64,000 bases of DNA. Origin: an uncultured Acidimicrobiia bacterium. Lineage in GTDB: Bacteria > Acidobacteriota > Terriglobia > Versatilivoradales > Versatilivoraceae. The notes beneath the pieces were generated by a model. It did not search any database and had not been told where the DNA came from. It was given only the letters and a program-made list of their open reading frames with translations. The stretch spans positions 544,001 to 608,000 of the forward strand of contig CAWBAT010000006.1 in NCBI GenBank assembly GCA_963786955.1, given 5' to 3'. The position numbers and the translations under genes are program-made. Positions 44,358 to 54,920 of this stretch are shown here, one piece after another (the stretch's first letter is position 1; the number at the start of each line of letters is the position of its first letter).

Positions 44358-44774
44358 ATGGCGAAGATTCAAATGTTCAAAGGATACCAGGGGAAATCAC
44401 CTGTTCCTAAACCCAAGGCTTTGGTGAAACCCAATATTGTTACCGTCCAAGATGGAGTGCCTGTAAAGTATCCAGGTTGTGAAGGAATTGGAGTGCGAAT
44501 TGTGCACCCGGTTAACGCGAAAGCACCTTCTAAGAATCTGGGACTTGTGATGTTTTACGTTCCTCCCCACGTTGTGCTCGAACCGGGTTGCCATTACACC
44601 GAGGAATGCTATGTCATTTTAAGAGGCAAGGGGACAATGACGCTGGCACGCAAGAAGGTCGAAGTTCGCGCCGGGATGTTTATTCACCTCCCCTCTTGGT
44701 GTGAACATGGAATTGAAAATACGGGTGAAGAGACTTTGGAGATTTTGATTTGTACAGCTCCTCCAAATCCATAA
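44358..44774 (+). CDS. Cupin domain protein
   Basis: HYTEECYVILRGKG … IHLPSWCEHGIEN. Confidence 0.85.
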   Translation: MAKIQMFKGYQGKSPVPKPKALVKPNIVTVQDGVPVKYPGCEGIGVRIVHPVNAKAPSKNLGLVMFYVPPHVVLEPGCHYTEECYVILRGKGTMTLARKKVEVRAGMFIHLPSWCEHGIENTGEETLEILICTAPPNP

Positions 44775-44867
44775 GAACTGATTGCCGCTTGAAGGTAACT
44801 TTTGTAGACTATCCGCGCTTTAGCGCCGACCACTAACGTCACACACCTTACAAGGGGGCTCTTATCA

Positions 44868-46562
44868 ATGCCTGTCAGCAGAACTAGCCTTTCGGGATCA
44901 TTTGCATTTGTCCTCTATTTAGTCCTGAACCTCCCATTTCTCTATGCTGCTGAGGTAACGTCACAAAGATTGCTGGAAGCGGATAAGGAACCGCACAATT
45001 GGTTGACATACGGAGGCACCTACAAAGCCTGGCGTTACAGCCCTCTCGACCAGATCAAGAGGAGCAACATCAAGAAGCTTGTACCGGTATGGACTTTTCA
45101 GACAGGAATCGTGGATGGCGGCTTCCAGACCACGCCTCTCATTGCTGACGGAATCATGTACATTACTTCACCATGGAATCGGATTTTCGCAATCGATGCG
45201 GCGACCGGAAAGGAGCTCTGGCACTATTATTATGCCTACCCTAAGAATTTGAGGCCACCCGATGGCCCTTGGAATCGAGGAGCCGCCTTGGGACACGGCT
45301 TGGTGTTCATGGGAACCAATGACAACAGCCTGGTAGCGGTGGACGCAACCACGGGAAAAGAAGTCTGGAAAATCAATATTGAAAGCCGGGAGCAATGTGG
45401 ATGTGCAATCACCGGGGCTCCCTTGGTTGTAAAGGATAAGGTCGTGGTTGGAGTCACCGGCGGAGATGCGGCTCATCGCGGCTATATAAATGCCTTCGAC
45501 GTCAAAACAGGCCGCAGGGCTTGGCGCTTTTGGACCATCCCCGGCCCGGGTGAGAAAGGGCATGAGACTTGGCCCGGTGACAGCTGGAAAATGGGGGGCG
45601 GTTCGTCCTGGATGACAGGATCTTACGATTCGGAACTCAATTTGATTTATTGGGGAGTGGGGAACCCGGCCGCAGATTTCTACGGTGATGCGCGACGCGG
45701 TGACAATCTTTACACGGATTCAGTCGTCGCCTTAGACGCAGATACAGGTCAACTGAAATGGTACTACCAGGAGATCCCTCACGATGTTTGGGATTGGGAT
45801 TCAGCCTACGAGTCAGTTCTGCTCGATTTGCCGGTAAATGGCACCATGAGAAAAATTCTCGTTAATCCCAACAAGGGGGGTTATACGTGGGTGATTGACA
45901 GGACGAATGGTCAGTTCTTGAATGCCTGGCCATTGGCCGAAACCATTAACTGGATCAAGGGAATCGGCCCCAAGGGGGAATTAATCGGCCGGAATGAGCC
46001 GGTTATCGGCCAACCCACTTTGATCTGCCCCTGCATCGGCGGTGGGCGCAGCTGGAACCATGCGGCTTATAGCCCTAGAACAGGATTCTTCTATTCCACG
46101 GGTCTGGAATGGTGCCAGAACCTCACAGCGCAAAAGGAAGAGCCCAAACAAGGGATGCCTTTCTTTGGTGGTACTTTCGAATTGCGCAAGCCGCCGGACA
46201 AGGAGGCTGGCAGTCACTTCGATGCATACGATCCAGTAACCGGGAAGAAACACTGGACCTATCAGTCAAAATATCCGCTCTTGGCATCGGCTTTGGCAAC
46301 GGGGGGAGACTTGGTCTTTACCGGCGATCCTGAAGGAAACTTTTTCGCACTGGACGCTAAGACCGGAGAGAAGGTTTGGAATTTCAAGACCGGATCAGGG
46401 CACCGGGGTTCACCCGTGACTTACTCTGTCAAAGGCAAACAATACATTGCGGTACCCACGGGTTGGGGGTCTGCTGTGGCCAGTCTGATGGCTCAAATTT
46501 GGCCAGAGGCAGAAGATTTCCCCGGAGGCTGCACATTGTTTGTCTTTGCCTTGACGGAGTGA
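44868..46562 (+). CDS. PQQ-type beta-propeller dehydrogenase (methanol/ethanol DH-like), secreted
   Basis: NWLTYGG, RYSPLDQI, repeated AxDxxTGKxxW, WGVGNP, HDVWDWD, GKQYIAV. Confidence 0.9.
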   Translation: MPVSRTSLSGSFAFVLYLVLNLPFLYAAEVTSQRLLEADKEPHNWLTYGGTYKAWRYSPLDQIKRSNIKKLVPVWTFQTGIVDGGFQTTPLIADGIMYITSPWNRIFAIDAATGKELWHYYYAYPKNLRPPDGPWNRGAALGHGLVFMGTNDNSLVAVDATTGKEVWKINIESREQCGCAITGAPLVVKDKVVVGVTGGDAAHRGYINAFDVKTGRRAWRFWTIPGPGEKGHETWPGDSWKMGGGSSWMTGSYDSELNLIYWGVGNPAADFYGDARRGDNLYTDSVVALDADTGQLKWYYQEIPHDVWDWDSAYESVLLDLPVNGTMRKILVNPNKGGYTWVIDRTNGQFLNAWPLAETINWIKGIGPKGELIGRNEPVIGQPTLICPCIGGGRSWNHAAYSPRTGFFYSTGLEWCQNLTAQKEEPKQGMPFFGGTFELRKPPDKEAGSHFDAYDPVTGKKHWTYQSKYPLLASALATGGDLVFTGDPEGNFFALDAKTGEKVWNFKTGSGHRGSPVTYSVKGKQYIAVPTGWGSAVASLMAQIWPEAEDFPGGCTLFVFALTE

Positions 46563-46605
46563 TTTTCTTCTGGCCTGACCAGTAGAGAATGGCGATTTCT
46601 CATGG

Positions 46606-47590
46606 GTGGGGGGGAACTTTAACGTCTTGAAACGACATTTAACATTAGCATGTCTGCTGCTTCTATCCGCTTTTTCCGTTCATGGCGCTCTTTTCCTGAC
46701 TGCGCCACAATCGACTTCTCCACTGTCGGCCTATGATCTCTCCAACCCCGCTTTGGTGGCTCAGGGCGAAGGCCTCTTTGCGCAGAACTGCGCGGTGGGA
46801 TATTGCCATGGTTCTGCAGGACGCGCCGGCCGAGGACCCAGGTTGCGAGGACGAGAATGGGACAAGAATTATCTTTTCCAGGTCACAATGGAAGGTGTGC
46901 CCAATTCTTCGATGCCCGGCTGGAAAGACAGATTTAACGAACAGGAAATCGCTTCGGTCATCGCCTATATTCTGACACTCTCCAAGCCAGGCCCTGAGGC
47001 GCCAGAATCTCCCTTGGTTTCGGCACCTTCTCCCACAACTCAACCGGCCCGAAACGTGGCAGCCACTTCCCCCTCTGCTCCAGTAGGTTCAGCCGCTGTC
47101 GCTACAGCAACGAGTGGCATCGTCGGTGACCCGCAGAAGGGGAAAGTTACTTTTCTTTGATGCGAGCAACGAGATCAATTGCGGATTATGCCATAGGATT
47201 CGAGGAGCAGGAAATGATGTCGGGCCGGACCTCAGCAAACAAAAATCGAGACCGGCCCGCGATATTTTCAAAGACATTTTACTACCGTCTGCTGCCATGA
47301 CGACTGCACGCAAACCTATCAAACTCACAACACATAAGGGTGAGACGATCACTGGCGTTATGTTTGAAGAGAATGCAGCCGAAGTCAAGATTTTCGATCT
47401 GGCAAGCTTACCGGCCGTGCTGAGAACAATGGCTCGGGATCAAGTGCAATCTCTAAAGGATGATAGCCACTCTCCCATGCCTGATCGGTATGCCGAGATC
47501 TATACGGTCCGCCAACTCCTTGATCTCATCGCATTCCTCAAAGATGCCGACCCGAAAACATCTCCGGTTCACTTAACCGATCTTTTTTAG
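46606..47590 (+). CDS. Di-heme c-type cytochrome (frameshift ~47145)
   Basis: CAVGYCH, GVPNSSMP, GDPQKGK..FF, CGLCH, VGPDLS, SPMP. Confidence 0.82.
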
Positions 47591-47678
47591 AAAAACCCAC
47601 GATGAATGCAACAAGCACATTCATCGTGGCTACCCATGCGCCCTTCGCCCAAACGTCGGAAAAATTGGATATACTCGG

Positions 47679-47723
47679 CTCCCATCGCCCCAGTGCGGGA
47701 GAAGGGGCTGAGGGTGAGGGGGA
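47679..47723. repeat. Palindromic intergenic repeat (ccc..cgcccc..gggagaagggg..gggtgagggg)
   Basis: Same family as 3865-3920 and, inverted, 9544-9583. Confidence 0.6.
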
Positions 47724-47935
47724 TCGCACGCCTGTAGATGTCGGACGCCGACGACGAAAAACAAGGCCTCGCAAAATCTCGGCACTCCAGCCGCTAACTT
47801 CGGAATTCGGCTTCAAAGCCCATCCACAGGTTTTTCTCTTTGCGTTTTGGGAATTCTTAGAATACATTCTCGTGGCTAATTCCGAGAGGACTCACATCCG
47901 GCTCTCATAACGCAAGAAGGAGACCAGGTTCAATC

Positions 47936-48895
47936 ATGGTTCTACATCTGACTGAAGAAAATGTGCGTCAATTATTGACGATGCCAATAACCATCGAAGC
48001 CGTGGAAGAAGCATTTCGGTTACTGGGAATCGGGCAGGCCGAAAATCTGCCTCGCCGGCGTCTGCATTCTTCGAAGGGCATGTTCAACATCATGTCGGCC
48101 TCCATTTCTGGCGCCGGATACATGGGATACAAGTGCTACACGGTATTCCCCGGAAAAATGAAATTCCGAATCTTCCTCCACAGCTCGGTCAATGGGGAAT
48201 TACTCGCGATCCTGGATGCAGACTTGCTCGGACAGATGCGCACTGGCGCCGCCTCCGCTGTGGCAACTCGCTGGATGGCGCGCGCCGATAGCCAGATCGT
48301 CGGCATCATTGGAACAGGCTGGCAGGCCCGCAGCCAACTTGAGGCGGTTTGTCAGGTGCGCTCCATCAACAAAGTATTGGCTTATGGCCGCAATGGGCAA
48401 AACTTACAGAAATTTTGCCAGGAGATGCAGGAGAAATTGAAAATAGTCTGTATCGCCGCGCGGTCTCCTGAAGAAGCCGTCGAGGCTGCTGATGTTCTCA
48501 TTACCATCACCAGTTCCGACACGCCCGTGTTCCAAGGAATCAAGCTTCAACCCGGAACCCATGTCAATGCAGCCGGGTCAAATTTTATTGTCAGACGGGA
48601 GCTTGATGAGACGGCCGTGAGAAAGTGTCGATCGATCGTGGTCGATTCAAAGGAACAGGCGAAACTTGAATGCGGGGAGTTTCTCTACCCGTTGGAAAAG
48701 GGACGACTCACCTGGGATCAGATTCGGGAACTCAATGAAGTCGTCACATCAAGGGTATTACCAAGAACAAATCCTAAAGACATCACTCTTTTTAAATCCC
48801 ACGGATTGGCCCTTGAAGATATTGCAGTAGCTGCCCGCGTGCACCAAATGGCGGTCGCGCAAAAGATCGGGGAAAGATTAACGCTAGAGGGTTAA
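47936..48895 (+). CDS. Ornithine cyclodeaminase / mu-crystallin family protein
   Basis: MRTGAAS, GIIGTGWQA, HVNAAGS, LFKSHGLALED. Confidence 0.92.
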   Translation: MVLHLTEENVRQLLTMPITIEAVEEAFRLLGIGQAENLPRRRLHSSKGMFNIMSASISGAGYMGYKCYTVFPGKMKFRIFLHSSVNGELLAILDADLLGQMRTGAASAVATRWMARADSQIVGIIGTGWQARSQLEAVCQVRSINKVLAYGRNGQNLQKFCQEMQEKLKIVCIAARSPEEAVEAADVLITITSSDTPVFQGIKLQPGTHVNAAGSNFIVRRELDETAVRKCRSIVVDSKEQAKLECGEFLYPLEKGRLTWDQIRELNEVVTSRVLPRTNPKDITLFKSHGLALEDIAVAARVHQMAVAQKIGERLTLEG

Positions 48896-49043
48896 TCCGG
48901 TGCTCTTCTCTTTCGATGTGCGCCCGGGCTGCGCCGTCTCCGAGAACACGAATATTAAGTTGCAGAACTCCGCATTTTAGCTGGCGCTGGCCGGGGGGAC
49001 TACCCCGGCTACAGCAATTAACTCGAATTTGCGGAACCTAGTA

Positions 49044-52000
49044 CTAGGCAACAAGAATCCCCGTGTCCGCGGAGACATCGGTAGCGCCCTCGACAGCCTC
49101 TCTATTGGCCTCAACAACCTCTTCTTGCCTCAAGCTCTGCTCGTATTCTTTCAGCCGCGCTTCGATTTCCTGCTCCTTTTTTCGCCGTTTAATGATCTCT
49201 TCACGGTATCGTCGCAGGAAATAATCGATCGTTTCAACGCGAATCCGTATCGATCCCGACGGCTTATTCTCGTCGAGGTCTTTGAAACAGAAGTACGGAG
49301 TGCCCGATTTTTCGATAATCCCCTCAATGACCCCGTATGTGGGAGCATCGTGGCCGCACTTGAAGTTGGATACTTCCAGCGCGACCAGGTTGGGATGTCT
49401 GGCCGTAAACTTGGCAGCCCAGATCTTGTGATTAGTGCTCGCCGAGTATGAGTTCTTCCAGGCATCGTGGATGTCGAGCGGATGTTTGATGATCCCTGCC
49501 CGCACTTCTTCACCAAACAACCGTTCGAGCAGATCCTCGTCCAGCGGGAGTGTGCTTTGGGAGAAGATCGGATAGCCCAGCTTCTGGAATTCATCCATGA
49601 TCTCGTGATTCAGTCCTGGGTCATGATGATAGGGCCTTCCCAGCATCACAATGCCGATGCGGTCTTCGCGTTCCAGTTGGTCCATCGCTTCACGGGCTTT
49701 CCGCCGAATGCCTTTTTCATACTCTTCCAACGCCTTGAAGCCGGCCTCGATCGCTCTATCGTTTTCCCCCTCGAAACACCCAGAATCGGCTCCCAGGCTT
49801 CGTACATCTGGTAAGCCAGCAATTTTCGATCGGTAAAGTTCAGGATCGGACTCACGTAGGCAATGCCAGCGGAGGCAAAGACGTTGTTCTCTTTCGTATA
49901 CGCTGCCTTCACTGTCTCAGGGGTGGCTGTCACCGTGGGGCAGGCATTGATGCCAGTGAGGTTGACGAGCGACGAATGGAGCACATCAACCATGGGGAAA
50001 AAGATCACCTGGAGTGGCTTATTCTGCGACTTAACCGTTAACAGATTGTGGACGTGCGCGATCCCGATCTTAGCGGGGAAACAGGGATCGATCGCACCCC
50101 GACTCGAACCTGCGCGATACAATTCGCTGCTGGTGTAGTCGGAGTAAATGATGTTTTGGGAGCGGAGTCCCAGGCTCTCAAAATAGGCGTTAAACAGGGG
50201 CGCGTACACGTACTGGTTGAGCACGCGTGGAAGTCCCACGCGAAAGTCCGCGCGTTTCTTCATCAGCTCAACGCGCGCTCGAGTCGCTGCAGAAGTCAAC
50301 CAATTCACTTGTGGCACGGAATCTGCGAGACTCGGCAGATTACGGAACCGGAAGGGCTCGCGGGATGCGATTTCGACGAAGTTCGGATAAGACGCTTTGA
50401 TCGAATCAATGTTGGACTTAATTTCCTTCATCGACTCCAGGTCTTCAACCGTGCCCTTCTCACAGGTGGCAATGATGAGTCTTTGTTCGCCAACCTCCAG
50501 CGGGACTTTAGACACAGGGATGATCGGAACAAAATCCGAAGAGCCCACCGTCTTGACATCGATAAACGTGCGGAGGCAGTTGTTCTTGCAGAAGTTACAA
50601 CGAGTGTCTTCGCTGCGCGTCGAGCGATAACTGATGCTGCGGACTGCATCAAGACCAATGAACGTCGTCTTCAGTCCGTTCATCCAGAGCCTGCGCACTT
50701 CAACTGCCGCTCCAATCGCACCCGACTCTCCGCAATGCTGATGAACGATGATTTCCGGTTCACGACCGGCAGCACGGAAACTGTTGCGGATGAAATCCAC
50801 CTCCGCTTTGACCACGGCCATGTTATTTTGTGTTCCACCTTGCAAAATGAAGCGTGTGCCGAGAGCGGCCAGGTTCGGGACACTGGCCACGTAGAGAAAG
50901 ATGTTCTTCGGCAACACCGCTGCCAGCCCAGCCAGAATCTCCTCTGCGCGCCAGCCTTGGCGCTGGAAGTTGACAATATCCGATTGCATGAATACGGCAC
51001 AGCCGTACCCGAAAAGCGGCATGGCCTGGGCGGCAAAGGCTTTGTCGGCATACTCTTCCACCGGCAAGCTGAAACCCTCAGCCGTTGACTGCAGGAAGTA
51101 GCCGTTGCCAGCGGAGCACTGAGTATTCAACTTGAAGTCCTTGACCCGTCCATTTTTCAGGAGGATTAGTTTGATGTCCTGTCCACCCACATCGACGATG
51201 ACGTGAGGGTCATCATAATACTTGAGCGCCGACTCGGTGTGCGCCACAGTCTCCACCAAGGCCACATCCGCCTTTAAGACGTCCTTCAGAATATCCTTGG
51301 CGTAACCAGTAGTGGCTACCCCGAGGACCTCCATGCTGGAACCCTGCGACTCAACCTGGCACTGCAAGTTGTCGAACATATCGATCGTGTCTTGAATTGG
51401 GTTGCCATTGGAAAGCTGGTAGGCTTTGCAGAGAACGTCGCCGTCTTCGGAGAGCAGCACCGCCTTGGTCGAAGTAGAGCCTCCGTCCACCCCCACGAAA
51501 CCTCGAACCGTCTGCCCTCTGGAAAAATTCGCCGGGATAAATTTCGGGCGACGGTAGGCGGTTTTGAAATTCTCAAGCTCATCCTTGGTTTTTACTAGTC
51601 CCTGGGCGCCCGATTGAGCCTTTTCTCTAGCGCGACCATAATCGATGTAGTAGAGCAGCTTTTCGGTGCCAACGTAACGGCCGACTTCCTCCTCCTCGTC
51701 CCTTCCAAATTCAATGGCTCCGAGAGCGGCAAAATACTGCGCGTTCTCGGGTACTTTGATCAACGCTTCAGGAATGGCCCCATCGGGGATCCGCACCTTG
51801 CGATCTTCCCACATCGTGGGAATATTGGCCTGCCAGGCTTCACGCATGCCGCGAATGAACGTGTTCGGCCCGCCGAGCAAGAGCACATGGGGCAACAGCG
51901 TGTGACCTCGCGTCAAGACCGTCAAGTTCTGTAATACTATGGCTTCAAACAAGGAAGCCATCAGCTCGATGGATGGAGTCCCAACTTTCTGCAGGCTGTT

Positions 52001-52556
52001 GATATCCGTTTCGGCAAAGACCCCACACTTGCCCGCGACTTTGTGCAGCTTGACCCCGTGGTAACACTGCTCACATAGGTCGTTTGGAGGAATTTTCAGC
52101 TTGGCGTTGATCTTGTCGATCACCGCACCCGTTCCTCCGGCGCATTTGTCGTTCATCGAGGGAATCTTCTTCTTGCGGTTACTCTCCTCGTCATTCCGAA
52201 AAATGATAATTTTAGCGTCCTGGCCACCGAGCTCGATAACGGAAAACACTTCCGGATGGAGCTTTTCAACCGCCAGGGAAACTGCCGTGACCTCCTGAAC
52301 GAATTTCGCCCCGATCATTTCGGCCAAAGTGGTGCCACCCGAACCGGTCATGAAGACGCGTGAATTGCCGGTTGTAATACCTACTTCAGTTTCAATCCGC
52401 TGCAGGAATTCCAGGGCCTTCTCCGGCTGCTGGGTCTCATGACGCTGGTAATCCTGCCACAGGATGCGGCCGTTTGCCCGGTTCCGTAACAACCGCCTTT
52501 ACGGTCGTCGATCCCACATCGAGTCCCACCATGTATTGCGGATTGCGAGTCGTCAT
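49044..52556 (-). CDS. PlsA/Ger-like protein: two BadF/BadG/BcrA/BcrD activase domains plus reduction/dehydration domain (frameshifts ~52490, ~49770)
   Basis: GLDVGSTTVK, ELGGQDAK, MNDKCAGGTG, CGVFAETD; GVDGGSTSTK, DVGGQDIK, QCSAGNG, GCAVF; CNFCKNNC; VGLPRVLN, CFPAK, SNFKCGHDA. Confidence 0.85.
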
Positions 52557-52566
52557 CGTGCTCTCC

Positions 52567-54358
52567 TCAAGAAGGGCTAGCGTCCTCTCGGGCCCCCACT
52601 TGAACCACTGCGCGTGAGCGGTGCCAGAACCGCGAATCTCGGTCCATACGATCGCTGACGTGCAAGACAAACTGGGCTGCGGTGCCCGCGAAACCTGGTC
52701 GATGCGGCACGGGATAGAAGGGCCGACGCAACTCCCGATGCTCGGCAACATACTCTTTGATACTCTCGATCCGCTTACCGGTGGATTGCTAGAGCCTTCT
52801 CGAATTCAGCTCTGGCTTTGGCTTTCGCTTCTCCGAGCGCCATCTGGACCCTGCTGTGAGCGTTGACCTCACCCTCACCGGAAGTCTCAATGGGCAAGAA
52901 AATCATATCTTTAAATTTGTTGATCACCGCCGACTGAACGCCGTCAGACTGGCTGGAAGGCATGCAACCAAACGGTTTCAGAGCGAGCACCATGTGCACG
53001 CGATTGTTTACAGTGTAATAGACATTTTTCCCGACCTCGAGGTGACCTTCTCCTCCCCGGGTAAACTTGTTGTAGAATGGAGCGGCCAACCTTGCCAATT
53101 CTTTCTGGGGCACCAACTCGTGGGTAAGTCCCCCCAGTTGGCGGATGATTCGATGATAGAAATGGCGCCAGAGGACTTCCCCGATGGTCATCCCCACGAA
53201 CTTTCCGGCATACTTCAGTTCGAGCTTGGCTCGATCCTTCAGATTCCACCAGGCCAAGGGACGCTGATGCTCTTCCACCGCCTTCTTGCGGGCGTGATTA
53301 TACTTGCCCTGGTACAGCAGATAGGCAACCCAGGTGGCGATCGGCTCCGGAAGGACCTGCGCACCTTCACGTTCCAGAAAAGTAAACATATTGAAATTGC
53401 CATCGCCTTCGGTCGTCTGCGCCCAAAATTCGCCTGTAATCTTGACGATAGGTTTGATCCGCGTGCGGTCCACTTCGATCGTGTCAATCAAATCCTTCAC
53501 CCGACGAAGAGCATCCACGTAAATGTCTCCGTAGAGATGCTCCCGGATCTTGCCTAGTGTATTAAAAATATTCCTCACTGTCTTCTTTCGACCGAGATAA
53601 CCCCGGCTCCACTGGGGAGCTGAGCTCATGATTTCAAACTGTGGCCGTTCACGCAGAATGGAGCACAAGATGTCCACGACTTCTCGAAAGACCCTGTTGG
53701 TCTCCCCTTTGTTCACTTCAAACGGGCGGATCTGATAATTCATGTCTTGAATCACATCGCCCAAATGCAAAGCGTTTAACATGCCTAAACCAAAGTCGAC
53801 GCTAAACTTCAGCCCCGGCTCGCCCGAAGAGGCTTTCAACCCGTCACTATCGTGAAACAAAAGGATTCGGAACCCATCGAATCCTGCGTTCTTCAACGCA
53901 TAGCGATATTCCGCCTCGTACATACCAAAGCGACACGGCCCGCAGGAGCCGGCGGTGAAGAAGACATAGTTGTCGAGGATCTCTTGCCGGGAAAGTCCTT
54001 TGGACTCCAACGATTGCAGATGCTGAACGAGGTTTCCTACGGTGAAGTATGTGGGGTTGCATTGTCCGTTGTTGCCGTATTCCTTACCAATCTGGAAGGC
54101 TGCCACATTCGGCGTGGGCACCTCTTCACAACGATAGCCACTGGCTTGGAAAACTGCCTTCATGAGACCTTCGTGCTTCCAGGTTAATCCTCCGAACAGA
54201 AGAGTTACTTTGCTCCGCTCCTCTGCGGTGAACGCCCGTTCCGCCGGCCGATGAAAGTGTTCGGAAGGGACCAGGCCGACTTCGTGTCGTAGTCTGGCCC
54301 TTTCAGCGTCGAGTCGCTGTTTCAATTCTTCCGGGGTTTGGATTGATACGAGTTGCAT
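52567..54358 (-). CDS. PlsR-like / 2-hydroxyacyl-CoA dehydratase-type subunit (frameshift ~52785)
   Basis: GKEYGNNGQCNPTYFTVG, GSCGPCRFGMY, KITGEF, PFGCMPS, IETSGEGEVNAHSRVQMAL; directly upstream of the PlsA-like gene. Confidence 0.82.
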
Positions 54359-54784
54359 AGCTCCTTCAAATTTGTCATGGAAAAAGCACAGCAAGCAGAC
54401 ATTGAAGCAACTGGCGGGCGGTTTTCGTGCGGGGAAACTCTCGAAGGGTCGTCTAAGTCCTCGACTCCACTCGCCTTCCCGCGGGGTTGATACGGGTTGA
54501 ACCGGACCTTAAATTCAGGATAAATATGTCTAAGCAACCGCGGGTTCCGAAGTTCTGTAGGATGCGCTATAGCCAGATTCGATTCACAACTGAATGGCCA
54601 ACGCATATTCCGGAACCATTCTCATTCCAAGTTTAGACACTTGTTGAATTTTTTAACACGCCTTAATGGTTGGTGCAAGAAAAAAACATTCTTTTTGAGT
54701 AATGCGTTAGTTACGGGGGGAAATCTGTAAGGGCAAGGCCTTCGGTGACGATTTGAGATTGTCGCTTCTGTAGTGGCTGAGTGG

Positions 54785-54836
54785 GTAGGGACGGACCGCC
54801 GGGCCGTCCGCGGCGCGCTCGGCGAGCGCGCCCTAC
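54785..54836. repeat. REP doublet, fourth family (gtagggacggacc…/…gcgcgccctac)
   Basis: GTAG…CTAC ends with two GC hairpins. Confidence 0.8.
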
Positions 54837-54920
54837 CAGAAATTCCCCCGATAACCAACGCATAACCTTTTTGACGGGACAACCGGACACAGACGGTGAG
54901 CCCGCCGCAGAGTTCTTAGA

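Noticed and set aside
50048-51088. Long antisense ORFs (e.g. 50048..51088, 35590..36363, 52856..53557, 25385..26047)
   Set aside because: Shadow frames opposite well-supported genes, with no motifs.
54400-54620. Cobalamin or other riboswitch in the long leader of the PlsR-like gene
   Set aside because: Only a cgggaagg fragment is present; the other conserved boxes were not found. An Rfam scan would settle it.
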